64,000 nt of DNA from a virus (taxonomy: Duplodnaviria; Heunggongvirae; Uroviricota; Caudoviricetes), in IMG/VR virus record IMGVR_UViG_3300013126_000009; one strand, 5' to 3'. Numbering within the stretch: the first letter of the stretch is position 1; each line of letters opens with the position of its first letter. Both the position numbers and the translations under genes were made by a program. This document shows, piece by piece, positions 60,417 to 64,000 of this stretch. Below the pieces are notes generated by a model. That model was not told the origin of the DNA and did not search any database. It was given only the letters and a program-made list of their open reading frames with translations.

Positions 60417-60453
60417 TTTTTTATCTTTACATATAAATATAAAACAAACGTAA

Positions 60454-61539
60454 TTAGTTCACCTTTATATTCTTTGATAGCATAGTTTCTACAGGGTATT
60501 CCAAATATTCTTTAAGATAATTTTCACCATCAACAGCTGATGGCTTAAGACCTGGGAATCGATGAACGTGATTCATAAACGCCAACTCCAATTTTTTAAG
60601 ATAATCCAATAACGTATCACCAAAAACAACTGGATGAGCATTTTCGATTATATTCAATAATTCTTCATCTGAAATATAGTTTTCGTTATTACCTAATATA
60701 TAATCTCTATCAGTATCTGAATGACCTAAGATATTGATTTTATCAGAAACAATATTAATGACGCTACCATTTTTAGTATTATTACCTCCACTACCATCGG
60801 TTGCTGTTGGTTTTGTTGGTGAAAACTCTTGTCCTGATAAATTAAAGTTATAACCACCTTGACTGAACCCGTTTGAGCCACCTGTTTGGTTAGAGTTTTG
60901 TTTTTTAGCTATTGGGGCATCGAATCTGATTTGAATATATGATGGGTTTTTTGAATTGAAAACGAGATTGTTATTTAATTCATGTTGTCCAGCACGTATG
61001 AGTGTTTCATTCACCTTTAAAATTATATCAGCATTGTCTCTACCTTGTAGTGCTATATCCTCTCTTTTTGGAAATACACCAATGGCTGATTTAAGTGTAT
61101 CGATATCTAAATTTGGACTTACTGGTGATATTGCTAAACTGGCTAAAGCTGTTTTATCGACAGTATCTTTGAATAAATTTGCTGGGCTTGAGATTATTGG
61201 TCCAAAATATAATCTATCTGAGTATCTATTTGCTGGGTCTAATAAAATGATAAAGACCATTTCACCAACTTTTGGTACTATATTAACATGTTTTGGTAAT
61301 AATGGGTAACAATTGGGTAATTGTGAATTAGCTAGGTCTTTATCAAAGACGTTTGAGTCAATCCGACATCTTATTAGGTTTGGGTCAGCATTGAATTGTT
61401 CATCTGATTTTTTTTGAGCTTCGTTGGTGGTATCAATAGCAACTTTACCAACAATAGTTACAACACCGATTTGTATTGTTGCACTTTGCAGGTTATAGTT
61501 GAAAGCATTACCTATTCCAGTTGAAAACTTAGTGCTCAT
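60454..61539 (-). CDS. Baseplate hub/spike (gp5-like OB-fold) protein
   Basis: PLLP...PKVGEMV, IALQGR, C-terminal HVH. Confidence 0.6.
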   Translation of the reverse strand: MSTKFSTGIGNAFNYNLQSATIQIGVVTIVGKVAIDTTNEAQKKSDEQFNADPNLIRCRIDSNVFDKDLANSQLPNCYPLLPKHVNIVPKVGEMVFIILLDPANRYSDRLYFGPIISSPANLFKDTVDKTALASLAISPVSPNLDIDTLKSAIGVFPKREDIALQGRDNADIILKVNETLIRAGQHELNNNLVFNSKNPSYIQIRFDAPIAKKQNSNQTGGSNGFSQGGYNFNLSGQEFSPTKPTATDGSGGNNTKNGSVINIVSDKINILGHSDTDRDYILGNNENYISDEELLNIIENAHPVVFGDTLLDYLKKLELAFMNHVHRFPGLKPSAVDGENYLKEYLEYPVETMLSKNIKVN

Positions 61540-61705
61540 TATTACGTTCTTTTAATATTCTATTGATTTTAGCAAATTCTTTTTCTAAGTCAATTAGTTT
61601 GTCATAATCTTTTAATATTTTACTTTTCAACGACTCATGTTCATTGTAAAGTTCTTTTGCTTTAACAACTAAATCATTATTTGATTTGAATTCCAATTTT
61701 TCCAT
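61529..61705 (-). CDS. Small coiled-coil protein (58 aa; not in ORF track)
   Basis: MEKLEFKSNNDL...; fills the operon gap. Confidence 0.6.
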   Translation of the reverse strand: MEKLEFKSNNDLVVKAKELYNEHESLKSKILKDYDKLIDLEKEFAKINRILKERNNEH

Positions 61706-61717
61706 AACTCAGTTAAT

Positions 61718-62164
61718 TTATTGTGCCACACCATTACTTTCTGTAATATTGATATTTGTACCAACAACGGTTACAGGTCCACCACCATTTGCACCACTTG
61801 CATTTATAATCATAGCACCAGGGTCAATTACGCTACTTATTTTCATTTCAGTTTGTATGGCATTGACTATTTCTTCCATTCTTATAAGTTCTAATGCTGT
61901 CATAACATTATTACCTTCTTGAAATATTTCACCGTTAACAGCGTCTGATTCTGAAAATCTGGAAATAACTCTTGCAGCAATATCACGAGCGCTAAGACCT
62001 GGTCTTAGTTTAGCACCGATAAAAATTAACGGTGGTGGTAATGTATCTGCTGGTTGTTTCATTAATGAGAAAGCTGATAGCAATATTTTTAAGATATTAC
62101 TCATAGAACTGAAACTACCGTTAGATGTCGTTGATTTCTGTGGACTTCTATTACATTCAGCCAT
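61718..62164 (-). CDS. Putative structural protein
   Basis: RPGLSA..IAARVI; GANGGGPV. Confidence 0.6.
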   Translation of the reverse strand: MAECNRSPQKSTTSNGSFSSMSNILKILLSAFSLMKQPADTLPPPLIFIGAKLRPGLSARDIAARVISRFSESDAVNGEIFQEGNNVMTALELIRMEEIVNAIQTEMKISSVIDPGAMIINASGANGGGPVTVVGTNINITESNGVAQ

Positions 62165-62166
62165 GA

Positions 62167-63600
62167 TTAAAAAGTTATTGGACTATTTTCGCGAATCATT
62201 CTTATCACGTCCTGTGGTACACCGACAAGACTTAATAAGATGGCTAATTGAGCGTTTGCCTTTTCTTTCAACGCCTCAACTTGATTTGCGGCAATTAATT
62301 TTGTTATATATTTAAGTACTAATTGTAATAATATTGTTATTATTTTATCTCTAATAACATTAATTATTCTTTGTATAAGTACTTTATTCTGTTTAAGTAA
62401 ATCTATAGGATTTGTAAATTCCGCACCAAATCCATGAACAATCTTATAGTTCAATAAGAATATTGAAATAACCTTTGGTCCTAATATAGCATTAACATAG
62501 GCTTTAATTAATGATTTGAACATAAGCCCCATAAAATCCAATTGAACAGCATATTCATCAACAGGGTCACCAGCAAAACTGGATACGTGGTTGGCCATAT
62601 CATTAAGATTGGTTCTAATAACTTCATGTTGTTCAAATCTTGTACCAGCTGACACAGAAGTAAATTGTTCTTTTAGTGCTGTTAAGAATTCGATTGGCAT
62701 ATTTACATCAACATCACCACAGGTTTTAATTTGTCTAATACCGTTACGTCTATTTGTTGCAGCTTCTTTTATATCCTGTAATTGTTCATTTGTGAACTCA
62801 AAATAAGTGTCATCGATAACATAATCGTCATCAGCATTGGTAATACATTCAATGACAGCATTAATTTTTTCTTCCATTTCCAATTGTGATTCACTCTTAT
62901 TCACTGATAGATTAAAAGAAACACTACCGAATAAACCATCAATTAATTTGGTTATAAGTTGTGTTGATGGAAACATTGTTAGACTGTCAATAAAGTCATT
63001 ATTTAGGTCAGTCAATGTACGGGTATCGTATGCTGGGTCAGCTTTAATTGTTAACGTATTATATGGCACGTTTGAACCTTGGTTGAATTCAAAGGTTAAA
63101 ATTCCTTGCCATGAATATTGTGTACCTTCGTCTTGAATAACGTAATATAAGAAAGTATTAAAATCAGTTGAGCCAGTTTGTGCTGCGATATCTTCATAAA
63201 TAAGATTACCAGCTTGTGTTGTTGGGTCGGTTTTTAATATTTCAAAGAAATCGATTTTCTTTACTTGTATCTGTATACCAGAGCCAGTACTTTGTAACCA
63301 TGATGGTAATGATGGGTCAACACCACAGGATGTGAGGCTTTTTAATTGGACCTTTAAAACGTCTTTAACAACGTCTTCCATTGTTTCTGACGCATATGAT
63401 AGTATATCAACTAAAGTGTCCCTAAGTTCTTCAAAACCAGTTAATGATAATATAAGGTCTATTAAGAATTGTTGTGGGTCAGCTGAATTGTTGATTGATG
63501 GGAATGAGTTATTTATCTTTAGCTGAGGAAAATCATCAGTTAAAGTACGTAACGCTGAAATGTTACCAAATACCTTTTCTTTGTCCTTTAATATTGGCAT
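62167..63600 (-). CDS. Putative structural (tail/baseplate region) protein
   Basis: 477-aa ORF in the - strand structural operon. Confidence 0.55.
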   Translation of the reverse strand: MPILKDKEKVFGNISALRTLTDDFPQLKINNSFPSINNSADPQQFLIDLILSLTGFEELRDTLVDILSYASETMEDVVKDVLKVQLKSLTSCGVDPSLPSWLQSTGSGIQIQVKKIDFFEILKTDPTTQAGNLIYEDIAAQTGSTDFNTFLYYVIQDEGTQYSWQGILTFEFNQGSNVPYNTLTIKADPAYDTRTLTDLNNDFIDSLTMFPSTQLITKLIDGLFGSVSFNLSVNKSESQLEMEEKINAVIECITNADDDYVIDDTYFEFTNEQLQDIKEAATNRRNGIRQIKTCGDVDVNMPIEFLTALKEQFTSVSAGTRFEQHEVIRTNLNDMANHVSSFAGDPVDEYAVQLDFMGLMFKSLIKAYVNAILGPKVISIFLLNYKIVHGFGAEFTNPIDLLKQNKVLIQRIINVIRDKIITILLQLVLKYITKLIAANQVEALKEKANAQLAILLSLVGVPQDVIRMIRENSPITF

Positions 63601-63986
63601 TATTCGTCATCTTGATTTTTTGTCTTGCTTCGTTCTTCAATCATTTTTCTAACCATGCTGAAATCATCCAATTTTACCTCACCGCCTGAAGCGTTTGCTA
63701 ACGTTGCGGCAACATCACCAGCATGTTTTATTGAGTCATTCTGTAATCTAGCAATTTCCAACTTAACCTTTATATTTGCAGTTTTTTCTTTAATTGCATC
63801 AGTTTTGGCCTTTGAAATCTTTGTATAATCATCAACATCGACAGGTTCTGCTGAAGTTGATAGTTCGGTTATTGTTGATTGTGCGTCTCGTATATTTGCA
63901 CAGGCTTCATTATAAACCTCCTGTAATACACCTTCTAAACTGGTTATATTATTTATTTTGACTTGTTGTTTCTTTTTGCGTGGCAT
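63600..63986 (-). CDS. Hypothetical protein
   Basis: Coupled to the downstream gene. Confidence 0.65.
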   Translation of the reverse strand: MPRKKKQQVKINNITSLEGVLQEVYNEACANIRDAQSTITELSTSAEPVDVDDYTKISKAKTDAIKEKTANIKVKLEIARLQNDSIKHAGDVAATLANASGGEVKLDDFSMVRKMIEERSKTKNQDDE

Positions 63987-64000
63987 GATTATTCAATTTA

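Larger units (their letters stand above)
7649..60440. promoter_or_regulatory. Dispersed putative late promoter ATATTTAT
   Basis: + strand: 15708, 17376, 18891, 20893, 29279, 33520, 42045, 49052, 49837, 50124, 53387; - strand: 7649, 15660, 23676, 55910, 60433; variants at 18188, 32243, 47360, 32184(-), 58017(-); oriented toward adjacent starts. Confidence 0.75.

Noticed and set aside
1-64000. Alternative genetic code (TAG/TGA recoding as in some large phages)
   Set aside because: Core genes are uninterrupted in the standard code, and TAG, TGA and TAA all end genes at sensible positions
1-64000. CRISPR array, tRNA/rRNA genes, reverse transcriptase/DGR, integrase
   Set aside because: None recognised by eye; the early repeats are promoters with gene-sized spacing. 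A tRNA scan was not run

Overview
64-kb AT-rich segment of a large (jumbo-type) T4-like dsDNA phage read in the standard genetic code. The host is very probably Bacteroidota: promoters match the TTTG-N19/20-TAnnTTT[G/A] consensus, and starts are A-rich without Shine-Dalgarno. Layout: (1) 1-4.7 kb, an array of small + strand early cassettes, most with their own near-identical host-type promoter; (2) 4.7-5.2 kb, a non-coding, G/C-run-rich convergence zone; (3) 5-33 kb, accessory, metabolic and modification genes (ParB-like, GP88, PcfJ-like, ABC ATPase/GNAT, SLT, ClpC, ThyA, DHFR, AdoMetDC-like, and a complete PAS histidine kinase/response regulator operon); (4) 33-42 kb, modular proteins punctuated by [LIV]-x-E motifs; (5) 42-53 kb, the head module (TerL, intein-containing portal, protease, scaffold, major capsid) followed by a homing endonuclease; (6) 58-64 kb, - strand tail/baseplate-type genes. 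A second motif, ATATTTAT, precedes structural genes and behaves like the late promoter. The strongest leads are a putative capsid-cargo system (tagged enzymes and protease-cleavable polyproteins), two candidate -1 frameshifts, two structured non-coding RNA candidates, the late two-component operon and promoter-repeat-mediated cassette shuffling. All functional calls come from recognising motifs by eye; no searches were run.
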